A DNA stretch of 64,000 nucleotides from Balanoglossus misakiensis (GCA_040954595.2 CM082579.2:3092345-3156344); one strand, 5' to 3'; shown: positions 11,801 through 24,416, numbered from the stretch's first letter. Numbers and translations are program-made. The notes: generated by a model from the letters alone, not told the origin.

Positions 11801-12415
11801 TGAATCGATTTACAGACTTGGTGCAAGGGTCACGCAATCTGCCATCACTGTGAATATTTTCCATTTTTGGAAGAAAAAAAATATTTCAGTCTGCCTATGA
11901 CCAGATGTTTGTCTATTTAATCGAGAAGTAAATATTAATGTCCATATTTGACCAGTTGAATGATGTATACATCATTTACTATATTTTTAATGTATGTTTT
12001 TTTGTTATAGCTTAGCGCTTCTGGTGAGGTCAAGATTGCAGACTTCGGACTCTGCAAAGCAGAGGGCTTGATAACCGACTCCATTGTTGGTGCTCCCATA
12101 GCGATGCCCCCAGAGGTCATCCGAGGCGAGGCGCACGACAAATCCATCGACGTGTACGCCTTCGGAATCCTGCTGTGGTTTTTATGCGAGGGAACGGCCT
12201 CCTGCCCGAGGAACTACGCCCAGATAAGACGGCCCGTGGATCTGATGTTCCTGTGTATGGACGGCCATCGCCCAGAGTGCCAGCCTGACTTTGACAAATC
12301 CTGTTGGGCGCTGATGGAGAAGTGTTGGGACGGGGACAGTACCCGCAGACCAAACTTCGAACAAATCGTCGCGGAGCTCATCAAAATTAAATATAAAATA
12401 GCCGAAAGAAAATAA
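8841..12415 (+). CDS. DSTYK-like (dual serine/threonine and tyrosine protein kinase-like) GTPase-kinase, paralog C, catalytically intact, about 901 aa (exons 8841-9509, 9727-11132, 11350-11575, 12011-12415)
   Basis: GTPase motifs: G1 GQTNSGKSS, G2 CTAR, G3 DSPG, G4 TKVD. Kinase motifs: Gly-loop IGKGSQGDV, beta3 VAK, LALEVHY (alphaC), HRDIKTEN, DFGLCKAEG..DSIVGAPIAMPPE, DVYAFGILLWFLCEG. The activation segment resembles DSTYK (recalled [25 protein letters not shown]). Confidence 0.92.
11247..11263 (+). promoter_or_regulatory. IRF-E/ISRE-like element AAAGTGAAAGTGAAAGT in intron 2 of paralog C
   Basis: Tandem AAGTGA/GAAAGT hexamers match the IRF-1/2 binding consensus. Motif match only. Confidence 0.3.
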
Positions 12416-14315
12416 TTGGTTTAATGTCGAGGCGTTTGAGTCTCAGAGGCAAAATTGCCAAGTCGGGGTACCGTCGCAAGTTATCGAGCCGAACTACCCT
12501 CTCTCATGTCTCTGCGGAGCACATTGTGAAATTTCAGATCTGCCCAAAAGTGACGTTTCAAACCAGCATCAATCCATTCATTAACAGTACTTTGTGTTTC
12601 TTTATAACCCGGTGAAGGTCAAGATGTAACCTTGTATTTTCTTCTATTGGTATTCGAAAATGTGTATGAACATTTTACTGTTTTACACAAGATAGTTTGC
12701 ATGTTCTTAGTCGGTTGCCATGGCCTTGTGACGAAACAGTCTCCGTCCATGTGTGTACATGGTTCCAAACTCTTCCAGTTATTCCAATACCCACTAATTT
12801 GAAGAGATTGTTCGGGAAATGTCGCCACAGCACCTGGCATTTTTGGGGTTGTCATGAAATTTGCGTTCTCACCCGGAAGGTGTCTATAGCATTCCATTGT
12901 TTTGGCAACCGCCGGTTTTGACTGGTGACGCACACCCGCCATATGGTATAAAGGGCAAATATTTAGCACGTAGGGTGTGTCGCCTGTCGAGCACCTCTCT
13001 ATGTTTACGCGGCCCATGGCAAAATATAGGGTTAAACCGGGAATATTTAATTATTCGGAGATCGTTTGAAACAGCCGAATATCCACGTCTGCAGTATAAT
13101 ACTCTGCACCACCTGTTCGAATCGTTGGGAAGCATCTTCACTGTAGGCATGTCTATTCACAATATTACCAAAACACAATATCTAGTACTGACCATAGCTG
13201 TTAAACCTTCTGTTTGATAGACAGATGAACATTCCTGTCTATTCATTGTAAATAAATATATACGAATTGTACATGTACATTTCTTTGGACAAATACGTGA
13301 TGCAATATTTAAAATTCAGATATATGTAATGCAAATAAATGAAGAATTTCGAAAAATCGCACTAACACTTCTCGTGTATTCACATCGTCTGTTTTATTGT
13401 ATTGCGCTAGTATATATATTCTGCCAGATTTTCACTTCAACAAACAAGGTTTATGGTACATCACCCCCAATCAAAGTTAGCAACACCAACATGGCGCTTC
13501 ACATGTGAGTGACCCCGATGACATTGCCCGTAGTCATTACGCATACAGCAAGCAAATTATGGAGCGGCCATTTTGTCATCTATCATTGTAGGCCCAGAAT
13601 GCCTCGACGACCTATGTTCATTTGCAGCACGAAGAACCTTGTGATACTAACATTTACATTTGAATGCATTTTGCCGAATTTTTGTAAGCTTGGCCTGTTT
13701 CACAACACTAGTGACAATTCATTGCGTAACTTGCACACATGGCGAAGAGAGTCTTACAGTGACATAATCGTCATGATTTTCTGGCCGAGTGAGCGGAATA
13801 TATTAAGCAGCCATATTTTGCGCGCACACATTCTCCTTTTTGTCATTTATGAGGTCTGTGTTTGCTGGTCGCCCTGTTCCTGTCAGACAGACAGATGGAA
13901 TGCATTGTTCAAACGACCACAAATAACATCAAGAGGTTACCTTTGATCTCGTTACCTGCAGCTGCCCTGGGCTTATTGTTTCGCGTTCTCAGCGACTTTG
14001 AGTGTGAATTGACCAATCTATGTGAGCAATCATGTGCTGTGTATATGGGAGTATACGCATTAACTTGCAGTCCACCTAATATACACGTAGGCCTGTGTAT
14101 TATATCCCCAAGCCATCGACCAGCTTACAAACAGGAACCTTGGTCAAAAGTGAAAATTGTAAACTTATTCTAAAAATTACATACGAGACAAGTATACACT
14201 GTTTGTCTGCAGTGTGTATGGGGGTCTCAATTTGCGGTCTCTGGAATACAATCGAAGTGAATTTAAACTGAAACTTTATGCATCTGCGGGTGGTTTTAAC
14301 AGTTTGTAAACACGC

Positions 14316-17300
14316 CTAAGATATTCTCTGCAATTCCTGTATGATGTCTGAAACCGTGATGGTTTTGTGTCTACTGAGACACCTGTCAATCAAACTCGAA
14401 ACTCTGTCGTCAACACGGCCAGCTGGCTTGCTCCATCGAAGCGACGACGTCACCGTATTCTCCGTCGTCTTGCCACCGTGCAGCCAAACCAGCAGCTCCC
14501 CTAGATGCTGAATGTCCAAATTCGTCGCCTGTCCCCGAAGAACTTCAAACCGACCCTTGCAAGTGTTGATCGCAGCCCTCTTGTTCTGCTTCAGCTGAAA
14601 TACAAAGAAGAAAGGATTCACATTCCAGACTATCTGTCCACGTGCATAAATGTGCTGAAAAGGCAGTATTTCACAAGCAGACCACAATATACAAATACTA
14701 GCGTGAGACTGTGACTTAATGCCCATAAAGACTTACCAGAATAGTATCTGCCTTGACGTTGTTGAAGATGAACCCGCTGGCATGGATGGTTTGCACCCCT
14801 TTGGCAACATCAAGAACAACTCTCAGCTTTTCCTTGGCCGATAGTTCAATATCGGGATTGTCCAACCTCGCCTCGGCTTTCTCGGTGACTATGTACAAAG
14901 TGTCGGGCTTGGGCAGCAACCAGCCGTATATTCCTATCAGATTTTCACTGCGTTTGCAGTTGCTGGAAAGATGATGAAAACATGTGAATCGGTCAGCAGA
15001 AAATAAGTGTTATCATCACATATTTCTATGTAGTCCAATGGTATGCCTGTCTGCCCCCCCCCCCTTTCTCTTGTTCAGTACCTTTCTCTTTATTTTTGTT
15101 TAAAATAAAACGATGGTACTTACTATGCATAATACAGTGCAGTGATGGATTGTTCCCACGCAACAGGGTCAGTCCTTGTGATACACCGTACAACGTATTG
15201 TCCGGGAGTATTAAAACCCCATCCTTTCTTATACTGATGAACACTGCAGTGTTGGCCCCGGCCAAGAATTTCTCCTTTTTGCAAGGATCCCCGGATGACA
15301 TCAAACTTCAGAGCGTGGTTCTGGATTTCCAGCTGGGCCAATTTCGACATGATTTTCGTTGTGGAGGCGCCGATCTGCTCTTTGATGTTTATCCGGACCT
15401 CGTGTTTGAAGAACTCCATGTGCTTGATGGATTTCTCGAACGCGTCGTGGTTTTCGTACATCTTGTTCTGGCAGGCGTGGATGATAGAGTCGGCCAGGCT
15501 GTCGGCATCCAGCCTGCCGGACAAGGTATCCGCAATCTCCTCGCGATGAGACAGTTGCCCACCCACCGTCTTGTACAGTTCAATGGCCACTTCAACCATC
15601 GGCAGTACCGCGAACGCCTGTTGCAGCTCTGCACCCAGATCCTCCCTCACCGCGGCCACCAGGGAATATATCAGATTTGTCAGACATTTACTGGTGTCCT
15701 CCTTGAAATCGGACTCGTACCCGATGAACTCGTAGATGGATTCCATGTTCCTCTTCAGTGTCGGGTTGTCTAAGGCCTCCATCGTGTCGATGACCCGGGG
15801 CCACATCAACGGCGCTACTTCGTCCTCCAGCAGATTCTCGACGTCCCTCTCGACTCGGCGGAACACGGTGTTGATGATGAAGTTGCGCAGTTCGTGGCAC
15901 AAAGCGTGCAATTTGAAGAACTTGTCTTCATCCGGTAGATCGGAACCGTACTTGGTGCGAACATCTCCGTGCGTCAGCAGAAAGTCGTACGCCCCCACTC
16001 TTTCGAGCTGCAGGTACGTGGCTTCATCCACAACCTCTTTCTTCACATCCCTGACAACTCTGCGGACAATCCCGCGGACCCTATCCAGATTATTGTTGAC
16101 CAGCTGCGAGAGATCGGCGTACAGGGCGTTCTCAGACTGGCGAGCGGACTTCATGATTTTGGCCAACTCCTCGTCTTCCCTCTCGATCATCTCTTGTTTC
16201 TGGGAAAAACAGTAAAAGCACCTGCCGTGGCATCTCATCAGGGAACCGATGGTGCTGGAGAGAGTCGTCTTCAGGTGCGCGTCCAGACAGTGCGATAACT
16301 TCTGGCTGAACTTCTGAAAGTTCAACACGAACGGGTCGTCGAGATCTCCGCGCTTCACCGCGTCCTTGACCGCCTTCACCGACAACGCGTGGAATCTGTC
16401 CATCGACCTGTCGTCATCTAGCAGTGAGTGGAAGCGGAGCTCTTCAAGAACTTTCTCCTGTTTGTTTCTGTCCATCGGCGATTCCGGTTCTTCGTCTGCG
16501 TCCAACTCATCTTCGGAAACATCATAGCGTTTCGCCTTTTTGTCGACGTCTACTTTACTGCAGATGTAGAACAACTTTGTTCCGGGACAGTGTTCTTTGA
16601 AGAACTGGATACTGGCGCGATCCTGTAATATATTGACAAAGTACTTATTTTAAATACCATGATTATGCGCCAACTTAGATCAAAATAGCCTCGGCATGTC
16701 AATAAACACCAAACATTTTGTAGCAAATAGAACAATCTACCGTCATGTTTGGCCTTAAATTAAATCGGGATAGAAGTTTTTTTTCGCAAAAGACGCGTTC
16801 AGATATTTTTCCAGACTAAGTAGTCCTCTGCCATGGACGTAAGAGAGAGACGACGGTATGGGTATAAGCTTACTTACCGCTGGTCGCAGACACATCTTAC
16901 CGTCGATGACATAAAGCAGAATCGGTGCAGACTTCTGTAGTACCAAACGATCCACGACCGTGTCCAGAGTTTTGTTTTCATTGCGCCCCGGCGAGTCCAC
17001 GAACTGAATGCCATACTCCAGCAAAGGGTAGTTCAGTCCGATCTCCACTGTTTGGCTGACGAGCGACGCGTCTTCTCGATCCGTGCCCTTCAGAGCGACC
17101 AATCGCTTCACGGCAACGCGGTCTTCCTTCTCGCTTGTTTTGCTTCCCTGTAGCAACCGCTTAGAGCCATCGATCTGGTGTCCGTCGGTGTCCAACAGAC
17201 ACAAGTAAGGCTCCCGTGAATAAGTCACCCGTACAACTCTCGACGTGCACGCCCGTTCCGACGCAGGAACGACGCGGCGGCCCAGTAGTTCATTAATGAG

Positions 17301-17531
17301 TGAGCTCTTGCCGGAGTTTCTTTCCCCAAACACCGCAATGACGGCTTTCTGGTCCAGTGTTTGGCGGATTTCCTGCTCTTCCCGAGCTGTGATAAGCTGA
17401 GCTGACACATCCTCGCCCAATAACCGACGTATTTCTGTCTCTAACTTTTTAGTCTGGCGAATGATTTCACGAACCCTCTTCAGGCGTTCTTCGTGTGTTT
17501 TCAAAGTGTTTGCCAGGTAGTTGTCCTCCAT
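14316..17531 (-). CDS. DSTYK-like GTPase-pseudokinase, paralog D, about 885 aa (exons 17531-16878, 16622-15124, 14962-14737, 14594-14316)
   Basis: GTPase motifs: G1 GERNSGKSS, G2 CTSR, G3 DSPG, G4 SKVD. Kinase fold: LGRGQHCSV, YVVR (beta3 K to R), IHASGFIFNNVKAD (HRD to FNN), INTCKGRFEVLRG (DFG lost, activation segment deleted). Splice phases are consistent and the joined frame is open. Confidence 0.88.
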
Positions 17532-18329
17532 ATTGGATTTGTGGATGACCTATGCTTTAAAACTGCAGACACGTAGCACACTATAGGCATACACTCAGAT
17601 TGCTTCCTGATTGGCGGCGCCCTATCGCTAGTTTCGAAACCATAGGCACGGCCCGATATGCATTGGTTTAAACTTACGTCACTAGCCCAAAATTCTCCTA
17701 AGGGTATCACATGATCAGGCTGTACTGTAGTACGTGCTTATCATATCAGGTTCCCGATGACATACACTAGATAACAAAACATTTCATGTAACGTGTAAAC
17801 AAAATAGGTACAGTCCCACTTTCTGTATTACTTTAGAAGTCAATATTACAATAGACAGCAAACTGTCTATGATATTACCATGGGGGTAGAAAGCGCAAAC
17901 TTTACTTCTTTAGTTCTTTGTATTTATTTTAATCATTGAATTTTAATCTTGAAGTTTTTTATTTTTCATCATCAATTCAATAATTACACAGATTAAATAT
18001 TAAATCTCCGACTCCATTCTGCATTTACTTCCGACTTCAACGTCATGAGTACGCTGTCACACTTTATCTCTTGAAGTACGTCTACGAGGAAGTATAGGTT
18101 CAGTAAAACAAAAAAAACCTTTACAGTTAGTTCCTGGTTGTGTCCAAGAATGTTATTGTGTTATAAAACTAAGTACATGTAAGCGCTGGTGTGTTTTTAA
18201 TGACTGCTTGAACAGTATGGATCACCTCAGTCCCTCCACACAGACTAGATATATGAATAATATCGCTTGGCAAGCCGTGACGTAGGCCAAGTTAGCACTG
18301 AACAAGCGACAGCGACCGATAGCACAAAA

Positions 18330-21300
18330 TCATCTATTAAAGAACGCCAAAGCCTGCAAACAATCACTCAATTCTCCTTTTATTTGGCTTATTGTCATTG
18401 CATTCGGACTTCTGAGACATCTCTCGGTCAAGCTTGAGATCATGTCAGTCTCCCATCCCGTCGGTCTGTTGACGCGATTGGCCGAAGTTGTTCTTTCCTT
18501 CGAGGCCTTGTCTCCGTGTAGCCATAGCAGCAGATTGCCGAATTGGTAAATATCATTGGCCATTACATGCCCTCCGAGAATCACGTATTTCCCTTTGCAT
18601 GTGTTTATCACGGCTCTTTTGTCATCCATTATCTGCAAAAGGACAATATATACTTAATTGGTGACTTTTGGATGTGCAAAACCCGACACGTTCATGGTGA
18701 TCTGAACTGCGTAACGGGCGCAAAGGAATTCGACTCACCAAAACATTCTTTGGTTCCAGATTATTGAAGATGAATCCGCTGGAATGGATAGCGTCCAATC
18801 CATTGGCAACGTCCAGGGAAACTGACAGTTTCTCGTGGTCCGAAAGAGTGTGCAGCGCAGAATCCAATCTGTCCTTGGCCTTCTCCACGATGACGTCAAC
18901 CGCGTTTGTGTGACGAAACAGCCACCCATGCACCACGAGGAGATTGCTGCTTTTGTCGCAGATGCTGTAGGTGATGTGAAACCAGTAAATATGTGCTTGT
19001 GAAAGTAATTTTTGAAGCTATGATTCCATTCATGGTGCTAATGTAATTCTAAAAGAGGTTGTAAAATACAAATTTGAGTATATACTTACAAGGCATGATA
19101 GAGAGCGGCGATGGATTGTTCCCATAAAGTCTGATCAGTGTTTGTGATGGAGCGAATGACACGGTGGTCTCGCTTCTTGGATCTTTCTCCTTTCATGCAT
19201 TCGTGAATGCTGCAGTGCTGACCTTTGTAGAGCACTTGGCCCCTGCTCAAAGTCTTCCATTTGCGCTCAAACTTCAGAGCGTAATTCTGCACTTCCAGCT
19301 GGGCCAGATCGGAGATGATCTTCGTCGCCTTGGCCATGAACTCGTCGTTCATGCTCAGACAGATCTCCGCTTTGAAGGTTTCCATGCGCTGGATGGATTT
19401 TTCGAACAGGTCGTGGTTTTCGCGCATCTTCCTCTGACACGCGGTTGTGATGCTTTCGGTCAGCTCGTCGACGTCCAACATGGCGACCAGCATCTCAGCT
19501 GCGCTCTCGACCTGGGCCGTCTCCATACCATATGATGTGTAAGCTATACTCACAACTGACGGCAGATCGTACGTTCGCTGGAGTGCGAGGCTCAGATCCT
19601 CTCTCACTGAAGCTATCAAAGAATACATCAAACCCACCAAAGACCTACGCGTGGTTTCCTTGTAATCAGATTGGTATCCGAAGAACTGGTAGACCGACTC
19701 CATGCTTCTTTTCAGAATAGGGTTTTCCAAGGCACCTATCGTGTCAAGCACTTTGGGCCATAAAACGGGCGCTACGTCGTTCTCCAGGAAAGTGTCGATC
19801 TCCGAATCCAAACGGTTGATGACGCAGTTGATGATGTAGCTTCGTATTACCTGGCAGACTGCATGCATCGTGAGAAATTCCTCGTTGTGAAGTAAGTCTG
19901 GTGCAATGGACGAGCTTATTTCACTGTACCACAGAAGAAAATCGTGCGCCTTTGCCCTGTTGGTCAACGAGAAGTGCCTGGCCTCTTGGCTCAACTTTCG
20001 CGTCATATCTTTCACAACCTCGTCAACGATGTCGCGGATTCTTGCCTTGTTTTCCAAAACCAGTTTCGTCATATCATCGAAGAGAGCCATCTCAGACCGT
20101 CTCGCTGATGTCAGCATTCTCGTCATTTCCACGGTTTCATGGTCGATACTCTGCTGTTTCTGCGACAGGAGGTAGAACAGCCGACAGTGGCAACCCGACA
20201 GTGTGCTGCGAACGCGCTGCAGCGATTTGTCGATGTGGACACCCAAGGCTTCCGACAGGCTCTTTTTGAATTTCATGAAGTTTTCGACGAAATCGTTATC
20301 GCGACAATCCCTGCGTGCTTTTCTGATTTCCTTCAGTGACAATCCATGCAGTCTTGTTCTTTTGTTAAGAAGACCGAAGTAAGAAAGATCTTGCTTCACT
20401 CTAGCCAATTTGTCGAGGACAGCGGCAGGAGCACTTTCATCGTCACCGCTTTCATCCTCATCGTCTGAGGCCTGATCATGTTCTGCTGCCTTTTGATCGA
20501 TGTCCACTTTGTTGCAAACATATATGTGCTCAGCTCCGCGACAGCTTTCTTTGAATTGGTTGATACTGGCACGGTCCTGGAAAAAAATATGCCGCATTAA
20601 AACGGAAATCAAGAGAAACCATATACTTTTCAATGTGTGAGGCCTAAATTCTCTTACAGACCCACCCCCTCTCACTGGCCACTAGCACGTAAGAAGTCAG
20701 CAGGGCGTGCATTACATGTACTGAACCATTGTTAAGAGTTTGACTCACCTCTGGACGGACTCCATTATTTCCATCAATCACGTATATCAAGACGGCTATC
20801 GCCTGCTCCTTCGCCATTTTCTCCACGACTTCGTTCAGCTTCTGATTCTCATTTTTACCCGGCGAGTCGATGAATTCAATTCCATTCTTTAGGAACGTGT
20901 CGTCCAGGCCAATCTCCACGGCTTCGCTGACAAGTGCGTCGTCGTGTCTTTCTTCATCGCTCAGATCGACAAGGCGATTCACATGTCCAGAATCGTCAGT
21001 CCCGCAGACCTCCATTTCATGTTTGGTGGTGCCATCGCAGTTGAGGAGGCGTATGTACGGGCGTTCTGAATATTTTATCCGGACAACCCTGCATGTGCAC
21101 GGCAGTTCTGAGACAGGGACAATGTTTTGACCCAGCAGCTCGTTAATTAGTGAACTCTTCCCCGCATTTCTCTCCCCGAACACAGCGATGGTCAATTTCT
21201 GCTCCAAGATCTCTTCTATTGATTGTTTTTCACTGTCTGAGACAAGGGTAGTTGATAGGTCTTTCCCCAGCGACGTTGACAATTTTTTCTCCAGGTCTTC

Positions 21301-21381
21301 AGTTTGTCTTAAGATGGTCTGTAGTCTGTCTAGGCGCAGGGTTCGATCCTGCTGTATCTGTTCCAAGGGATCTCTTTCCAT
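18330..21381 (-). CDS. DSTYK-like GTPase-pseudokinase, paralog E, about 882 aa (exons 21381-20749, 20576-19090, 18964-18739, 18632-18330)
   Basis: GTPase motifs: G1 GERNAGKSS, G2 CTCR, G3 DSPG, G4 NKVD. Kinase fold: LYKGQHCSI, RVIR, IHSSGFIFNNLEPKN, INTCKGKY. Collinear with paralog D, with identical intron positions. Confidence 0.88.
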
Positions 21382-22625
21382 GATAGCGCCTATTCAATGT
21401 CAGTAACAGTTCACTGGTTGACCTGGCTGATACGTCAACACGAAGCAATGGTGGCAGGTGCGGTGGATAGACTGCGAGCTGCAACCTTCAACATTTCATC
21501 TGCGCCCTTTCTTTTCAGCTAGCAAAATTTACAGACTTGTTATCACTTGGAACCACGCCAACCCCTCCTGTCGTACTTCTTCGTCGGAATTTCTGAATAC
21601 TGCACTCAGCAAATTAGGGCACTGGCAGGGTAAAGTCCAAACTTTATTGCAAAGTCGGCCGAGGCACACCACTAATGTAACATCCCATAATTCTGTCTAT
21701 ATGTATGTTTTTATATATTTATTAGCCCAAGGGCCCATGTGGTAGGACTAGCAACTTTGCACAATGTCACCATACGGTGGCGCTGTATCACAATCTCACG
21801 GAATGCCAGTGTGTAGATTCGATGAGAAATGACGAGACATTGATAACCAGGATTGAAGTTATAATCATTATATTACATCTGTTATCTTTTATCCAAGTCA
21901 ACCTATATATGTACACATGCTTCCATCCATTGACTCTTCTAGTTTTTTTTCTTTAAAAGATATAAAGTTTGTACAAAAAATTGTAAAATGAATTCAACAT
22001 CTGATACTCTATGCATCAAATAAAAGTCTACATGACTTTGCTTCAAAGGCTCGTGTTCAAGGTAGTTAACAAAACACTTGTTAAATAAAACGGTAGAATT
22101 AATATAAAAAGCCAGGGTATTGAAGCACTTTGGAGCATATTCGTGGCACAACTTCACACTGTTTGACAGTGCCATGGTTTTGAAATGACAGCGTCTGCAC
22201 AAAGCCAATGCTAGCAGTGTGCCGAAGAAATGTTGGCCATTAAATGACTGAAAGATGGTATGTATGCCTGGTTCGGCCACTACTTATATGGAAAGTAGCT
22301 TTCCTGAAGTGATGATAAAATATGCTGTGTAGCGTTAACATACTGCCAGCAAGATCTATTCAGTACACTAATTACTGGATAGAGTTGTGTATTTCAATAA
22401 CTTTTTTGCATAAAAAAATTGTACTAAAGTATTTCACAACATGATTCATATATGTGCGTTCTTTTTGAAAGGGTGTGACATTTAGAATCTGATCACTGTT
22501 TGAACACACTCCCCCATTTCTCCCTACAGAAGTCCAGGAGTGTCACTGAGATGAACAGAGTTGGACCAAATCATTGTCGAGAAAGAGTTGATTAAAATGT
22601 TTGGTGCACAGACTTCTTGTGTGGT

Positions 22626-24416
22626 TCACTCTTTCTTCATCTGGGTTGCCAGTTTTTTCACTTTACAGTAGTGGCGGAAGTGATTATTCAGGTCGATTTG
22701 TAATCGGAACTTCTTGGAGCAGCACGGACAGTGGAAACTCTTTTCGGAACCGCTGTGCACTCTCTCCTTGTGCAACTTGAGATTGTAGACACTGACGCAT
22801 TTCACGCTGCATTTGTCACACTCGTAAGGTTTCTCGCCGTGTTTACGATGCGACCTGATGTGCGCCGACAACAGAGGCTGTGAGGAGAAATACTTGCCGC
22901 ACAAGCGACACATTTTCAAGTTGGACTCCTCTTGGCCAGCCTCATAGCTGTTCGTCAGGTGGCTCACCTGGCTCCGGAAAACTAAATTTTTGCTCATGCT
23001 GAACTGAGTGGTGGCGATGCGGTCGGCAAGCGCTGAGGGCGGGCTTGCGCTGTTCCCTGCGCGGATTAAATCGTCAGAAGTCGCCACGCCCAACGTGCCT
23101 TCATCGTGCCGAGTCGGCGAGAAAGCCCCTGCAAAACCCTGCACCACCTCCGAGTGGGAATTCCGTGCGTGCGGCTGGGGGCTAGGTTCAGAAAACCCAG
23201 CTGATTGCGTGTTGGACAGACTCACCGGCACCACAATCTGAGACAAGGACATGACATTCTCGATGCGTAGTGGAACGCCGGCTGTGTGGCGATCTTCACC
23301 GCTGGAGTTGCCATCTGTTACCAGATTGTTATCACTGACACTGTATGAGGTATGGAGGTATCGTTCACTGTCCGACAGAACATCTTCTCTAAATCTCTTT
23401 GCAAGCTGTCTGTCAGGTGCACTGTTTTTCTCTCTCCTCTCTCTCGCGATATCCTGCTTTCTGTTTATACTATACGATATTCTGGCAATCTGTTGTTCGC
23501 TATCCGATTTGCTTTCATCGCTTTCTCTGCGGAAACTGTCACTTTTATTGACGTCGTTGTCAATTTCTATTACATCCCTCTCATCAGATTGGCTGTCTCT
23601 TCTGTGTTGGCGTTGAGAGTCTTGACTCTGTTGGTTGACTTGTCTTATGTGTTGGCTTTGATCGGATATTCTGTCAGCACGCTGCTGTGGTGGTTGGCGC
23701 TGGTTGCTTGGACGATCTATCGTGGCTTCTGTCCGCTGATGGGGATGCGGCAACTTCTCTGAGTGACACTCTTTCTGCTGGTGTTGTTGTTGTTGTTGTT
23801 GAGATTGAGAGTTCTCCGGTTGGAATTCCATCCTTTTGTGATGGGAAAACGTATGATCTGGAAGGCTCTGGGAATCTCGCTTCCCTTCAGCTGGTGATGG
23901 TTTCGATATGGGCGTCTTACTGCCATCGTTCTGCTGTGTTTGTCTTTGTTCTGATCGCTCAGGTGCCTGACTCAGATCACTTTTGTTCACATTGGAGTCA
24001 AAACTCCTACTTTCACTTTGCTGCATCCTGGCAGGCTGAAGTCTCTCAAACATACAGTCTATGTCTGTTTTGGTGAGAAAAGAATTATCTCTGCCCTGCA
24101 CTTTGACTCCGTCACCGAGGTAATCTTTCATCAGGTTGGCTGTTCCATAGTAGCTACTTCCATACTTTTCATCGGCTACTTTGAGGAAAACACTGTGTCC
24201 CGGAATTGCACCTAACTCTGATGCCTGGCAGGGAAAGAAGAAGAAAAAGGACGAATCAGAGAATACTTCACTGGTGATGTTGTGTGGTAAAGACAAAAAT
24301 ATCATAAAGAGGGAACTAGGGGTGAAAGGGTTTTTCAACTGTCCGTACATACTTACCATTTGAAATAAGACTTTCCTCAACAACAGCAATGGGTCTGGCC
24401 CACTATTGTACTCCAT
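22626..24416 (-). CDS. C2H2 zinc-finger protein with three C-terminal fingers and a Gln/Ser-rich low-complexity middle (probable exons 24416-24357, 24224-22626)
   Basis: Fingers CRLCGKYF..HIRSH, CDKC..HKERVH and CPCCSKKF..HFRHYC, with an HGEKPYEC linker. A GTAAGT donor at 24356 and a polypyrimidine-CAG acceptor at 24225 define a 132-nt in-frame intron. Confidence 0.8.
   Translation of the reverse strand: MEYNSGPDPLLLLRKVLFQMVSMYGQLKNPFTPSSLFMIFLSLPHNITSEVFSDSSFFFFFPCQASELGAIPGHSVFLKVADEKYGSSYYGTANLMKDYLGDGVKVQGRDNSFLTKTDIDCMFERLQPARMQQSESRSFDSNVNKSDLSQAPERSEQRQTQQNDGSKTPISKPSPAEGKRDSQSLPDHTFSHHKRMEFQPENSQSQQQQQQHQQKECHSEKLPHPHQRTEATIDRPSNQRQPPQQRADRISDQSQHIRQVNQQSQDSQRQHRRDSQSDERDVIEIDNDVNKSDSFRRESDESKSDSEQQIARISYSINRKQDIARERREKNSAPDRQLAKRFREDVLSDSERYLHTSYSVSDNNLVTDGNSSGEDRHTAGVPLRIENVMSLSQIVVPVSLSNTQSAGFSEPSPQPHARNSHSEVVQGFAGAFSPTRHDEGTLGVATSDDLIRAGNSASPPSALADRIATTQFSMSKNLVFRSQVSHLTNSYEAGQEESNLKMCRLCGKYFSSQPLLSAHIRSHRKHGEKPYECDKCSVKCVSVYNLKLHKERVHSGSEKSFHCPCCSKKFRLQIDLNNHFRHYCKVKKLATQMKKE

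Noticed and set aside
12600-14300. Short ORFs and a possible piggyBac-like end (TAACCC...GGGTTAA) between paralogs C and D
   Set aside because: No recognisable protein motifs, and no convincing terminal inverted repeat pair with a TTAA duplication on both sides.
15118-15126. Apparent premature TAG ending the 483-aa ORF of paralog D (possible pseudogene)
   Set aside because: The TAG spans the splice donor (TA|GTAAGT). Splicing to 14962 gives TAC (Tyr), at the same phase-2 intron position as in B, C and E.
1-21381. Bacterial dynamin-like operon, contamination or recent horizontal transfer
   Set aside because: All five genes have spliceosomal introns at shared positions and mixed orientation, and are contiguous with animal housekeeping genes.
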